From positions 450-64,449 of the forward strand of contig JBGAUR010000001.1 in NCBI GenBank assembly GCA_044228545.1: a DNA stretch of 64,000 bases, given 5' to 3'. Below are positions 1-8,078 of the stretch, piece after piece (position 1 is the stretch's first letter; each line of letters begins with the position of its first letter). The notes under the pieces were generated by a model. That model was not told the DNA's origin. It was given only the letters and a program-made list of their open reading frames with translations, and searched no databases. Made by a program: the position numbers and the translations under genes. This DNA comes from Minisyncoccia bacterium. Lineage in GTDB: Bacteria > Patescibacteriota > Minisyncoccia > Phycocordibacterales > UBA9973.

Positions 1-514
1 TGTAAACAACTTGGAGCATTCCTGAACCCAGGATGTGGCCCGCGTCTTTGAATGAAAATTGAAAACCGTGATCCACATTCAGAACTTGATGGTAATCTAG
101 TGTTTCCCAGAGGTCTAAAGCTTTTCTAGTATTTTCTTCTGTATATATTTCATCGAGACCGTGATCTTTATCCCGAGAAAGTAAGTGATTAGTATCGGCA
201 AGCATTACTTCGGCAATATCTTTTGTAGGAATAGTGGAGATGATCCTACCCTTGAAACCTTCACTTATTATCTTTGGTATCCTACCTATGTGATCGATAT
301 GCCCATGGGTTATAAAAAGTATATCTATTTCAGATACTGGGTAGTTGAAAGGGTCCCAGTTTACACTTTCTGCAAGTTGCTCACCTTGGATCAAACCACA
401 ATCTATTAAAAATTTTTTACCATTGCCTTCGATTAAGAAATTTGCACCAGTCACAGTCGCAGTCCCAGAACAAAAGGTCACTTTCAGATTCTTGTCATTT
501 GCCATATGTGTCAT
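1..514 (-). CDS. MBL-fold metallo-hydrolase (metallo-beta-lactamase superfamily), N-terminal part; the gene continues beyond the window start
   Basis: The minus-strand frame is open from ATG (complement of 512-514) to position 1. The translation MTHMANDKNLKVTFCSGTATVTGANFLIEG...ITHGHIDHIGRIP carries the HxHxDH zinc-binding motif of the MBL fold. The track ORFs 185-409 and 345-563 are antisense to it. Confidence 0.55.
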   Translation of the reverse strand, partial: MTHMANDKNLKVTFCSGTATVTGANFLIEGNGKKFLIDCGLIQGEQLAESVNWDPFNYPVSEIDILFITHGHIDHIGRIPKIISEGFKGRIISTIPTKDIAEVMLADTNHLLSRDKDHGLDEIYTEENTRKALDLWETLDYHQVLNVDHGFQFSFKDAGHILGSGMLQVVY

Positions 515-574
515 ATTATACCTTAAATATCAAAATTATCTAAAAAATAACCTTATTTTCTAGTAAAAACAAAA

Positions 575-600
575 AATTCTTCCGAAAATGTGGAAGAATT
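575..600. terminator. Perfect 9-bp inverted repeat AATTCTTCC-N8-GGAAGAATT in an AT-rich spacer
   Basis: Read directly. It lies between the HD gene (ends 845) and the MBL gene start (514). Confidence 0.3.
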
Positions 601-844
601 ACTTGTTAGGACTATTTGAAGGATATTACCATAGCCGTTAAGCTAAGTGGGACTGGGGATGATAGGGATTTGTTCACATTAATAACGTTACAGCACTCTA
701 TCAAAACACTCTGTCCCCTATAAAATATGATCTAGGTAATACAAATCAAATAACCCTACTTAAAGTATACCTACCTGGGAGAACTCTGCAAGTTTTTTTC
801 TAAAAAAACACACTTTTGACATAGTTTCAAGTTAGATTCAGAGT

Positions 845-1495
845 TTAAATTTCAAAATTTTTCAATTCTTCGATAATTTCTTTTACTGATTCATCATTTA
901 TATCTTCTGATTTAATATTTGAGTGAGAAAAAATATATTTTTCTATATCTCTACCGCAATTTACCAATCTATCACGTTCTTCTTCGTGCACACTTAGTTT
1001 GTGACCCTTGTATCTTTTACTTGCATCATTCATTCGTTCGTCATATGAAAGAATTCCGTGTGGACCAACTCGTCCATCCGCATAGTGAATCAATTTTTGA
1101 ATAAGATCGCCTTCCTTGCTATGCTTACACATAAAAGAAAATCTATTTTCTCCAGCCAAATATCTAACTTTCTCTGATAAACCAAGTTCTTCTATGATTT
1201 TAATTGTTGCTTCATGCTCATCTTCTCCATATTTATTAATAAATTCTTTTTTTACAATTCTTACATCTTCCACTTCTATATCTGAAAGTCCAAAGACTGA
1301 TTTAGTTTGGTCTAAATTAAATTTTATTACATTACCCATGTCATGTAGTAGACAAGTTGTGATGATTAATTTTTTATCCAGTTTTAAATCTAGAGAATCA
1401 CATACAATAGAAGCAACAGCTGCTACTCGCAACTGGTGCATTTGTAAATGTGGCATTATTTTATATTCTTTGTATATATCAGTAATTTTCCTCAT
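845..1495 (-). CDS. HD-domain phosphohydrolase
   Basis: HQLRVAAVASIVCDSL...LHDMGN matches the H...HD metal-binding signature of HD hydrolases. It is the last gene of the co-directional cluster. Confidence 0.6.
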   Translation of the reverse strand: MRKITDIYKEYKIMPHLQMHQLRVAAVASIVCDSLDLKLDKKLIITTCLLHDMGNVIKFNLDQTKSVFGLSDIEVEDVRIVKKEFINKYGEDEHEATIKIIEELGLSEKVRYLAGENRFSFMCKHSKEGDLIQKLIHYADGRVGPHGILSYDERMNDASKRYKGHKLSVHEEERDRLVNCGRDIEKYIFSHSNIKSEDINDESVKEIIEELKNFEI

Positions 1496-1499
1496 AAAA

Positions 1500-2039
1500 T
1501 TAAAATCTCATATCATTCCAATCAAGACCATATCTCTCACGAATTAATTTAGTTTCACCTTGTGATAACGCTTCATACTCAACTAAATCAAGTAATTTAA
1601 TAGCTTCACCAACGTGCTCTTCACTACTACCTTCTATCTCAAGATAAGCTGGCATTTTAGGATATTGATCAAGATCAAAAATCCAATCTTTATATGTAAA
1701 AGATACTCGGTCTTTTTCTTGATGAGCATAGTGAACCAACCCAATCGCTTCTAGAATTAGCTTAGCATTATTAAAATCAGAAACATCAATATTTACTTCC
1801 TTAGATTGTCTAGTATTTCCAACAAATGTTTCTAAAGATTTCCATGTTATTTCATTTTTTCCATCGGTAGTACTACGAACCCTTAAGTACCAAGGATGAC
1901 TACCTTTTAGAGCTTCTTCTGTACAATACCAATCAACCGTGAGTCTGGTATCTTTTACTCTTATAGCACCTAAATTCTCTAATTTAGCTAAAATTAAATC
2001 TTTATCAATCTCTAATACCTTTGTTTCAATCTCGTGCAT
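1500..2039 (-). CDS. CYTH-domain protein (triphosphate tunnel metalloenzyme / class IV adenylyl cyclase-like), paralog 3
   Basis: N-terminal EIETKVL, central YLRVR, and C-terminal YLEIEG acidic motif are typical of CYTH. There is a 4-nt gap to each neighbouring gene. Confidence 0.65.
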   Translation of the reverse strand: MHEIETKVLEIDKDLILAKLENLGAIRVKDTRLTVDWYCTEEALKGSHPWYLRVRSTTDGKNEITWKSLETFVGNTRQSKEVNIDVSDFNNAKLILEAIGLVHYAHQEKDRVSFTYKDWIFDLDQYPKMPAYLEIEGSSEEHVGEAIKLLDLVEYEALSQGETKLIRERYGLDWNDMRF

Positions 2040-2043
2040 AAAA

Positions 2044-2595
2044 TTAACTCATTCCATACTTCTCAAAAAGCATAATATCGTACTTTCCATCTATAATATG
2101 GTCATCTTTAGTAATACCTAAATCACCAAGAAAAGAAAAAAGTTCTTCTTGAATTTTAATCCGAGCTTCTGGGTCTGATGTTTCAACTATTTTCTCAACC
2201 TCAATAAATTCACCCAACCCTTCCACTAAATCAAGTACAATTTCCATATCATTCAAAGTGGTTTTTACTCTTTTCTTTTCAACTGTTGGAACCTGTTTAT
2301 ACCCAATTAATTTTATAACTTCAAGCATTTCATTGCCATCTGATATTTCAAATTCTTTTTCAATACAATCCTGTCTACTTGACTGTGGTATTTTTAGAGT
2401 AAATAGATGTGACTCATTTTGTTTACGTACTCTAAGTACCGGCACACCTAGTGGTGGAGGGAAAATTTCTTTTTCCGGTATAAATATATAATCAATCTGA
2501 TGTAATTCCTCACCGAACACACACCCTAGGGTTTGAAGTTTTTGTATTATCTCTTCTCTATTATTTAGCCTGGCTTTAATCTCCACTTCGTACAT
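2044..2595 (-). CDS. CYTH-domain protein, paralog 2
   Basis: N-terminal MYEVEIKARL, LRVRKQ, and C-terminal GEFIEVE. It shows the same architecture as the flanking paralogs. Confidence 0.65.
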   Translation of the reverse strand: MYEVEIKARLNNREEIIQKLQTLGCVFGEELHQIDYIFIPEKEIFPPPLGVPVLRVRKQNESHLFTLKIPQSSRQDCIEKEFEISDGNEMLEVIKLIGYKQVPTVEKKRVKTTLNDMEIVLDLVEGLGEFIEVEKIVETSDPEARIKIQEELFSFLGDLGITKDDHIIDGKYDIMLFEKYGMS

Positions 2596-2611
2596 GGTCT
2601 TAATATAACAT

Positions 2612-2633
2612 AAAATCCCCTTTCGGGGATTTT
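2612..2633 (-). terminator. Hairpin AAAATCCCC-TTTC-GGGGATTTT (GAAA tetraloop on the transcribed minus strand), 12 nt after the ndk stop
   Basis: Read directly. A 28-nt string including it (2608-2635) is identical to 16851-16878. Confidence 0.5.
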
Positions 2634-2644
2634 ATTAGATTTAA

Positions 2645-3229
2645 TTATTCATCAACACCAAAGCGTTTGTAATCCATAAGTTTTATATCACCAAACCAAT
2701 GTTTAATTTCATGTTCAGCTTCTTCTGGAGTCTCTGAACAGTGGACGATATTCATAACTGCGCGTTTTTCCATGTTTGCAAGCGCAGGACTGTCGATTGA
2801 GAAATCTCCACGGATTGTTCCCATTTCAGCTTTGTAAGGCATAGTATCACCTGCAACTTTACGAACGACATCAACAGCGTGAACTCCTTTTACAACCATT
2901 TTTACAAGTGGAGCTGAAGTCATATAATCTATAAGCCATTTACGTATTTCAGGGCCAATCTTAGCAGCTTCTGTTGTGCCAAAATCTTTCATAGCATCAT
3001 AACCATATTTCTCATAAGTAGTTAGTGTTTTATTTCCAAGACGTGTTATCCACTCTTCACTTTTTGGATAGTGATCATTAACTTTATCAAATTCTGGGAC
3101 AAACATTTCAAGTGCGACAATCTTAAGATCTCGTTGTTCAAAACGCTTGATAACTTCACCGATTAAGCCTTTTTTAACTCCATCTGGCTTCATCATGACA
3201 TATGTAACTTCTTCTTTTGGGTGTTTCAT
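2645..3229 (-). CDS. ndk: Nucleoside diphosphate kinase with an internal insertion of about 30 aa. The track start at 3271 is probably an over-extension; the ATG at 3229 gives MKHPKEEVTYVMMKPDG.
   Basis: YVMMKPDGVKKGLIGEVIKRFEQRDLKIVALEMF and the active-site region NIVHCSETPEEAEHEIKHWF match the NDK motifs N.IHGSDS..A..EI..WF. Confidence 0.85.
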   Translation of the reverse strand: MKHPKEEVTYVMMKPDGVKKGLIGEVIKRFEQRDLKIVALEMFVPEFDKVNDHYPKSEEWITRLGNKTLTTYEKYGYDAMKDFGTTEAAKIGPEIRKWLIDYMTSAPLVKMVVKGVHAVDVVRKVAGDTMPYKAEMGTIRGDFSIDSPALANMEKRAVMNIVHCSETPEEAEHEIKHWFGDIKLMDYKRFGVDE

Positions 3230-3302
3230 ATAAATAAAAAATCGCTTTCGCGGTTGTAATAATATACTCAAACTATAGCAAAAATCGGGGTATTTTGCAA
3301 TT

Positions 3303-3875
3303 TTACTTTTTTACCTGTTTTTCGAAAGTAAACACTGAATAGTCATGTGGGTTTACATCGTAATTATGCAAAACTTGTAGCGCTGAACACACAACATGGT
3401 CCTCCCATTTAAAACCAAGTTTATCTGAGATTTCTTTTATTTCTTCAATTGTATCCCCCTCCAACTCTATATATGGAGGTATTAACGGCCACTCATCTAT
3501 ATCACATTCTATATTGTCTAAAATATATCTTGTTCTTATTCTCTCCTCATATACTTTTGGAACTAATCCTATTTCTTCAAGAAGCTGGGATGTTTTGTCG
3601 AAATCTGAAACTTCGACTTCGATTTCTTTCATCCCTTGATCTTTTAGAGGATTATTTCCCACTCCTAATCTTTCTTTATAGCTAAGAGTTATTCTGTTCC
3701 CTTCATCTCTAAGTCTAACCCAAGCATTTCGTTCTTTTGAAAGTTTTAAATTGGGAAAATCGTAGGGTTTAAGTCTATAATCAAATCTACCTACAAGAAC
3801 GGCTCCTAGATTTTTTAAATCTTCTTCAATTTTATCTTTATTAATATTTAGAAATTTTACTTCTATTTCTTCCAT
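3303..3875 (-). CDS. CYTH-domain protein, paralog 1
   Basis: MEEIEVKFLNINKDKIEEDL, WVRLRDEG, EIEVEVSDF, and C-terminal YIELEGDT. The stop overlaps the upstream ATPase gene by 1 nt. Confidence 0.65.
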   Translation of the reverse strand: MEEIEVKFLNINKDKIEEDLKNLGAVLVGRFDYRLKPYDFPNLKLSKERNAWVRLRDEGNRITLSYKERLGVGNNPLKDQGMKEIEVEVSDFDKTSQLLEEIGLVPKVYEERIRTRYILDNIECDIDEWPLIPPYIELEGDTIEEIKEISDKLGFKWEDHVVCSALQVLHNYDVNPHDYSVFTFEKQVKK

Positions 3876-6610
3876 TATCCTTGTTGTCTATACTTTGACA
3901 TTATTTCCTCTTCTACTTCTGCACGCTCGCGACCAAATTTTAGATATGAAAGTTCTTTGATTTTTTCTACAATTTCCATATTGCCTTGTGGAGGCGGGAA
4001 TGTTCCCATATTAAAGGGTTTTGTTGGCTGACCTGCCACTAGCATCGATACATAAGCATTTCTATTCTCTATTTTCATTATATCCGCAGAGGTAAATATA
4101 GGTTTAAACTTACTCTCTAGGAATTGTGCATCTTCCGCTCCAACACGGAAAACTGTCATTGAGCCGACGTTACCAAAAACTGCATTCTTGATATTGTCCT
4201 CAAGTTGAGCGATGTATTGGTGGGCAACAGTTAGAGAAAGTCTATACTTACGAGCCTCTGACAAGATAGACTCAATTGAATCCGTAGTAACATTTTGGAA
4301 CTCGTCTATATATAGGAAGAAATCTTGCATCTTTTTTCCATACATATCTACACGTGAAAGTGCAGCCATCTGAATTTTGTTTACTATTAGAAGCCCGATA
4401 AGGTTAGCATTTATATCACCAAGGCGACCTTTTGAAAGGTTTACCAATAGAATCTTTTTATTGTCCATTATATCTCGGAAGTTAAATACAGATTTTTCCT
4501 GAAGAACAACTGGACGCATAATATCGTTGGAAATAAAGTTGTCGAATTTTGAAGTGATATATGGTACGAAGTTCGCAAGGGATTGATCCCCTGTTGTTTG
4601 TTCTGCTCCTTTCCAGAACTGCGTAATGATAGGATTTTTACAATGAGAAAGCTTCATGTCACGGAACTCTTTGTCGGCAAGCACTCTTCCAATTTCTAAA
4701 AGTGTTGAACCAGACTCTGGATGTTCCATAACAAGAAATGCTGAATTCTTGAAATATTGTTCAAACATTGGTCCTCCTGATGTCTTCATATCAAAAAGCT
4801 TGTTGAATATATTCATCAGCTCATTGACTACAAAAGTCTTCTGTTCTGGGTATTTAGGATCATATTCGAGCATGTTTAGACCCATAGGACGAGCAGTGTA
4901 AGCAGGATCAAAATATATAACGTCATCTATGCGTTCCTTTGGAATATAACTCAAAATATCTTGAATATCTGTTCCATGAGGGTCAATATAGCAAACACCG
5001 TGGCCTGCCTTAATATCCTGAGCTATCATATTCTTCATGATTGTCGTCTTACCTGTACCTGTCTGACCTATCACATATAAGTGTCGCATACGGTCTTCGT
5101 CTGCAAAGTGAATGGCTGTATCTTTACCTCTGTAACTGTTAACTCCGAGTATAACGCCTTGTTCCCCCATTTCGATAGGCGCAGGGGCAATACCGGCTTT
5201 TGCTTGCTTGAGTTGAGGAGATGAAGTGATACCGTGTGGGAAGTGGAAGACTGTTGCAAGTTCTTTAAGATTTAGTGGCATTGAATATTCATCGGAAAAG
5301 GTACGGTAAGAAAAATCATGAGTTAATTGGTTTAGATCTTTACCTTGTGGGTGGTTCCAATTGAAACCATTGCGATCAGACTCTGTAAATTGATTGAATG
5401 ATGACTCGATATCTGAAAGAATTTGTTTAGCTCTCAGACTACTCTCAGCTGAAGCAATCACCCGAATATTACAAGCCATTATAGTGCTCTTCATTTTTTC
5501 AGTAATATTCTCTACTGCTTTATCGTTAACCTTTTTCTCTTCTTTGTTTTTTGATTGTCCAAATACAAGCTCTTTGGCAATAGAGCCTAGGCCTTTAGTA
5601 AACTGCCTTGTCATACTTGAAGCTGTGCGCACTGACATCCCCTCTTTTACATCTCCGAGTATTATGTGGAACTTTCTGATAATGTCATCATCTTCTGGGC
5701 AAATAGTAAACTGAATTGCTGCTCCTTCTCCAGATTTTTTGAGCTTAGTGAAGACATTGAGAATAATATTTAGTGGATCGTGATCTATAGCATCATAAAG
5801 CTTTATCGGATAAACTTCGTGATGAGCAAGTGTTGCATAAGAAGCTACCACTGAGCCACTGTCAGTAAATATATTATAGTCATCTGGCGCTTCATTTATC
5901 TTTGCACTAGGGTGGACACCTAAAAGTTGTTTTTCAAAAAGATCTGCTTTGTGTGTTGGCACTGCAGTGTAGAAAACAAAGTGATCAGTATCTTCAGCTA
6001 ATGCAATCTCTAGTGTAAAATGGTTACGATTATAATTCTGCCTACCTTCACCTACTGAATGCATTCCGGCATAAAATTGCTCCATAGCAGAGAGTAACTC
6101 TTTTAAACCTTTTTTTTCTTTCTCATCATTTGTTGGATCAGGTAAAGTAATCTCAAATAACTTCATATCGAGCGATTTGAAGAGTGGAGTACTTTCTTTG
6201 AGTCCAGGGATTTTATGCCTACTATATAAATATTGAACTAGGAATCTATGAAAATCATCATCAAGGTGAGGATTGTTCATCTTAGCCACTATTGAAAGCG
6301 CTGTTGAGATGCCTTTATCTAATAGAATTCCTAACATCTCTTCCATCTTATTATCGTGCGATTCAGGGTGGAGTCTAAGCACCAAGTCATTCGCATCAAC
6401 ATCTTCCATGACAGCACTTTTATGCATTACTTCTTGTGGTTCATATTTCTTATACTCTTGGATAACATCATGAGCAAGATTTTCTTTTGAATAATCTTGT
6501 CCTTGATCTATGAGAGCTTTTTCTTTTTCAGCAATATGGGCACGCAAAAATTCAAGCTCCTCTTCCGGAGTCTTGAACTTTGGAGCATTGTTTAAATTAA
6601 AACCTTCCAT
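3875..6610 (-). CDS. Type IV coupling protein-like ATPase (VirD4/TraD/TrwB family, FtsK-HerA superfamily) with a roughly 500-aa N-terminal extension and no obvious transmembrane anchor. The track start at 6679 is TTG; the ATG at 6610 is preceded by TGATATAAT.
   Basis: The Walker A block HLYVIGQTGTGKTTIMKNMIAQDIKAGHGVCYIDPHGTD aligns with TrwB HLLVNGATGTGKSVL...VIVDPNGD. The Walker B and arginine-finger block FLYIDEFQNV...ARKYRLSLTVAHQYIAQLED aligns with TrwB LWLFIDELASL...GRKAGLRVVAGLQSTSQLDD. Confidence 0.6.
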   Translation of the reverse strand: MEGFNLNNAPKFKTPEEELEFLRAHIAEKEKALIDQGQDYSKENLAHDVIQEYKKYEPQEVMHKSAVMEDVDANDLVLRLHPESHDNKMEEMLGILLDKGISTALSIVAKMNNPHLDDDFHRFLVQYLYSRHKIPGLKESTPLFKSLDMKLFEITLPDPTNDEKEKKGLKELLSAMEQFYAGMHSVGEGRQNYNRNHFTLEIALAEDTDHFVFYTAVPTHKADLFEKQLLGVHPSAKINEAPDDYNIFTDSGSVVASYATLAHHEVYPIKLYDAIDHDPLNIILNVFTKLKKSGEGAAIQFTICPEDDDIIRKFHIILGDVKEGMSVRTASSMTRQFTKGLGSIAKELVFGQSKNKEEKKVNDKAVENITEKMKSTIMACNIRVIASAESSLRAKQILSDIESSFNQFTESDRNGFNWNHPQGKDLNQLTHDFSYRTFSDEYSMPLNLKELATVFHFPHGITSSPQLKQAKAGIAPAPIEMGEQGVILGVNSYRGKDTAIHFADEDRMRHLYVIGQTGTGKTTIMKNMIAQDIKAGHGVCYIDPHGTDIQDILSYIPKERIDDVIYFDPAYTARPMGLNMLEYDPKYPEQKTFVVNELMNIFNKLFDMKTSGGPMFEQYFKNSAFLVMEHPESGSTLLEIGRVLADKEFRDMKLSHCKNPIITQFWKGAEQTTGDQSLANFVPYITSKFDNFISNDIMRPVVLQEKSVFNFRDIMDNKKILLVNLSKGRLGDINANLIGLLIVNKIQMAALSRVDMYGKKMQDFFLYIDEFQNVTTDSIESILSEARKYRLSLTVAHQYIAQLEDNIKNAVFGNVGSMTVFRVGAEDAQFLESKFKPIFTSADIMKIENRNAYVSMLVAGQPTKPFNMGTFPPPQGNMEIVEKIKELSYLKFGRERAEVEEEIMSKYRQQG

Positions 6611-6617
6611 TAAAACT

Positions 6618-6626
6618 ATTATATCA
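6618..6626 (-). promoter_or_regulatory. Extended -10 (TGATATAAT on the minus strand) ending 7 nt before the ATPase ATG; leaderless-type arrangement
   Basis: Read directly on the reverse complement of 6611-6630. Confidence 0.35.
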
Positions 6627-6656
6627 TAAAGATTTTTATAAACTGATATAAAAAAA

Positions 6657-6673
6657 GCCGGAGTGCGTCCGGC
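6657..6673 (-). terminator. Hairpin GCCGGA-GTGCG-TCCGGC, followed on the minus strand by a T-run; terminates the 163-aa gene
   Basis: Read directly. An A-run at 6650-6656 sits on the plus strand. Confidence 0.45.
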
Positions 6674-6702
6674 TGGCAAGTTGGCAATCCTATTTGGTAG
6701 GA

Positions 6703-7194
6703 TTAAAACCTTTTTGCCATAAATTCTTTCGGGTTTTGGATGAATTCCAATAATGAGAGACCATGGAGTCCGGCTGCTTGGGACCAGTCATTAGATATCT
6801 CAAACATTGATTTACCATCTTTCCGGAATGTAGCTATTGCAATTTGTTTAAAAAGCACAGCCCCTTTCATCTCTGAAAGGAATTCCAGTTGACCCATTAT
6901 TGTTGGATTCTTGACCATGAAATCAACACGGCCGATTTTAAAGAAAGTTGAAACTTCGCCGGTATTCCTGGGAGAAAGCACAGACGTAAAATCCATACCA
7001 TTTCCGCCAAGTTTATTAAGCTGATCAATTTTGTTCCAGATGTTCTCAGAAACAACTTTTAAACCAGCTAAGCCGGGAATTTCAGCAGCCTCTTCACTGT
7101 TGTTTTCAACTAATGAAAAGCTGCATTCAAATTTACTGAATTTACCCAGGAAGAAATTCAAAACCTCTTCAAGGGAGAAGTACTCATATGTCAT
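6703..7194 (-). CDS. Hypothetical protein of 163 aa
   Basis: It is a long ORF with its own TTGACA-17-TTTAAT promoter and its own terminator. I recognise no family. Confidence 0.4.
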   Translation of the reverse strand: MTYEYFSLEEVLNFFLGKFSKFECSFSLVENNSEEAAEIPGLAGLKVVSENIWNKIDQLNKLGGNGMDFTSVLSPRNTGEVSTFFKIGRVDFMVKNPTIMGQLEFLSEMKGAVLFKQIAIATFRKDGKSMFEISNDWSQAAGLHGLSLLEFIQNPKEFMAKRF

Positions 7195-7229
7195 AACAGA
7201 AAGGTTTTAGTTATTTGAAACTTGTTTAA

Positions 7230-7258
7230 ATTAAAGCATTTTTTATTACTTTTGTCAA
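7230..7258 (-). promoter_or_regulatory. Sigma70-like promoter: TTGACA (7258-7253), 17-nt spacer, TTTAAT (7235-7230)
   Basis: Read directly. It lies immediately downstream of the map stop and 35 nt upstream of the 163-aa gene. Confidence 0.35.
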
Positions 7259-7263
7259 TATAC

Positions 7264-8031
7264 CTATCCTATAGTCAAAATCTCTGCATCACCTTCTGTT
7301 ATGAGAACTGTATGTTCGAAATGGGCGCTACGAGAACCATCAACTGTTTTTATCGTATATCCATCTGGAAGGGTCATGATAGCAGCTCTGCCTATATTTA
7401 GCATCGGTTCTATTGCAATAACCATACCAGGAACTAACTTCTCTCCTTTCCCGGGTTTGCCAAAGTTTGGAATAAATGGATCTTCATGAATCTTTTTACC
7501 GACACCGTGCCCAGAGAGTTCCTTTACTATCCCGTATTTTTTACCAACAAATTTTTCAATTGCATGACCAATATCGCCTACAGTATTACCACCTACCGCT
7601 TGCTCAATACCAACAAGTAGGGCTTCATGGGTAATTTCTAAAAGTTTTTGTGATGCTTTAGGAACTTTGCCTACAGGTACAGTAATAGCATGATCTGTAA
7701 AAAGTCCTTTGTGTTTTATGCCAAGATCAATTGATATAATGTCTCCTTCTTTTAGAATTTTATTTTCACCTGGAATCCCGTGCACAATTTCATTATTAAC
7801 TGAAGTGCAGAGAGATGCTGGATAAGCTTTATTTTGTCCTTCTGGTTTATAGTTTAAAAATGCTGGCTCATCGCCACCTTCTTTTATGAGTTTGTAGGCA
7901 TATTCATCTAGTTCTTTTGTAGTAACTCCAGGAGCTACTTTTTTAGCCACTTTCGCTAAAATAGAGGCCAATCTATGCCCCCCTTCTCTAAGTATTTCAA
8001 TCTCTTCTTTGGTTTTAATAATCACTACCAT
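7264..8031 (-). CDS. map: Methionine aminopeptidase type I
   Basis: It has the full MAP fold signature (EGGHRLASIL..., HGIPG, metal ligands D/D/H/E/E). It sits in the expected position after adk. Confidence 0.9.
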   Translation of the reverse strand: MVVIIKTKEEIEILREGGHRLASILAKVAKKVAPGVTTKELDEYAYKLIKEGGDEPAFLNYKPEGQNKAYPASLCTSVNNEIVHGIPGENKILKEGDIISIDLGIKHKGLFTDHAITVPVGKVPKASQKLLEITHEALLVGIEQAVGGNTVGDIGHAIEKFVGKKYGIVKELSGHGVGKKIHEDPFIPNFGKPGKGEKLVPGMVIAIEPMLNIGRAAIMTLPDGYTIKTVDGSRSAHFEHTVLITEGDAEILTIG

Positions 8032-8078
8032 ATACGGCTTATACTATATAAATATAGTACATTATGCAATATATAAAT

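Noticed and set aside
185-563. Plus-strand ORFs of 74 aa and 72 aa
   Set aside because: They are antisense to a continuous minus-strand MBL-fold hydrolase reading frame with clear HxHxDH motif, so they are likely spurious.
3875-6679. Calling the large ATPase FtsK/SpoIIIE or VirB4
   Set aside because: The Walker A context G-x-TGTGKT...IDPHG and the RK...AHQ block match the TrwB/TraD/VirD4 coupling-protein pattern rather than FtsK (GxTGSGKS plus gamma domain) or VirB4. It is still only a family-level call.
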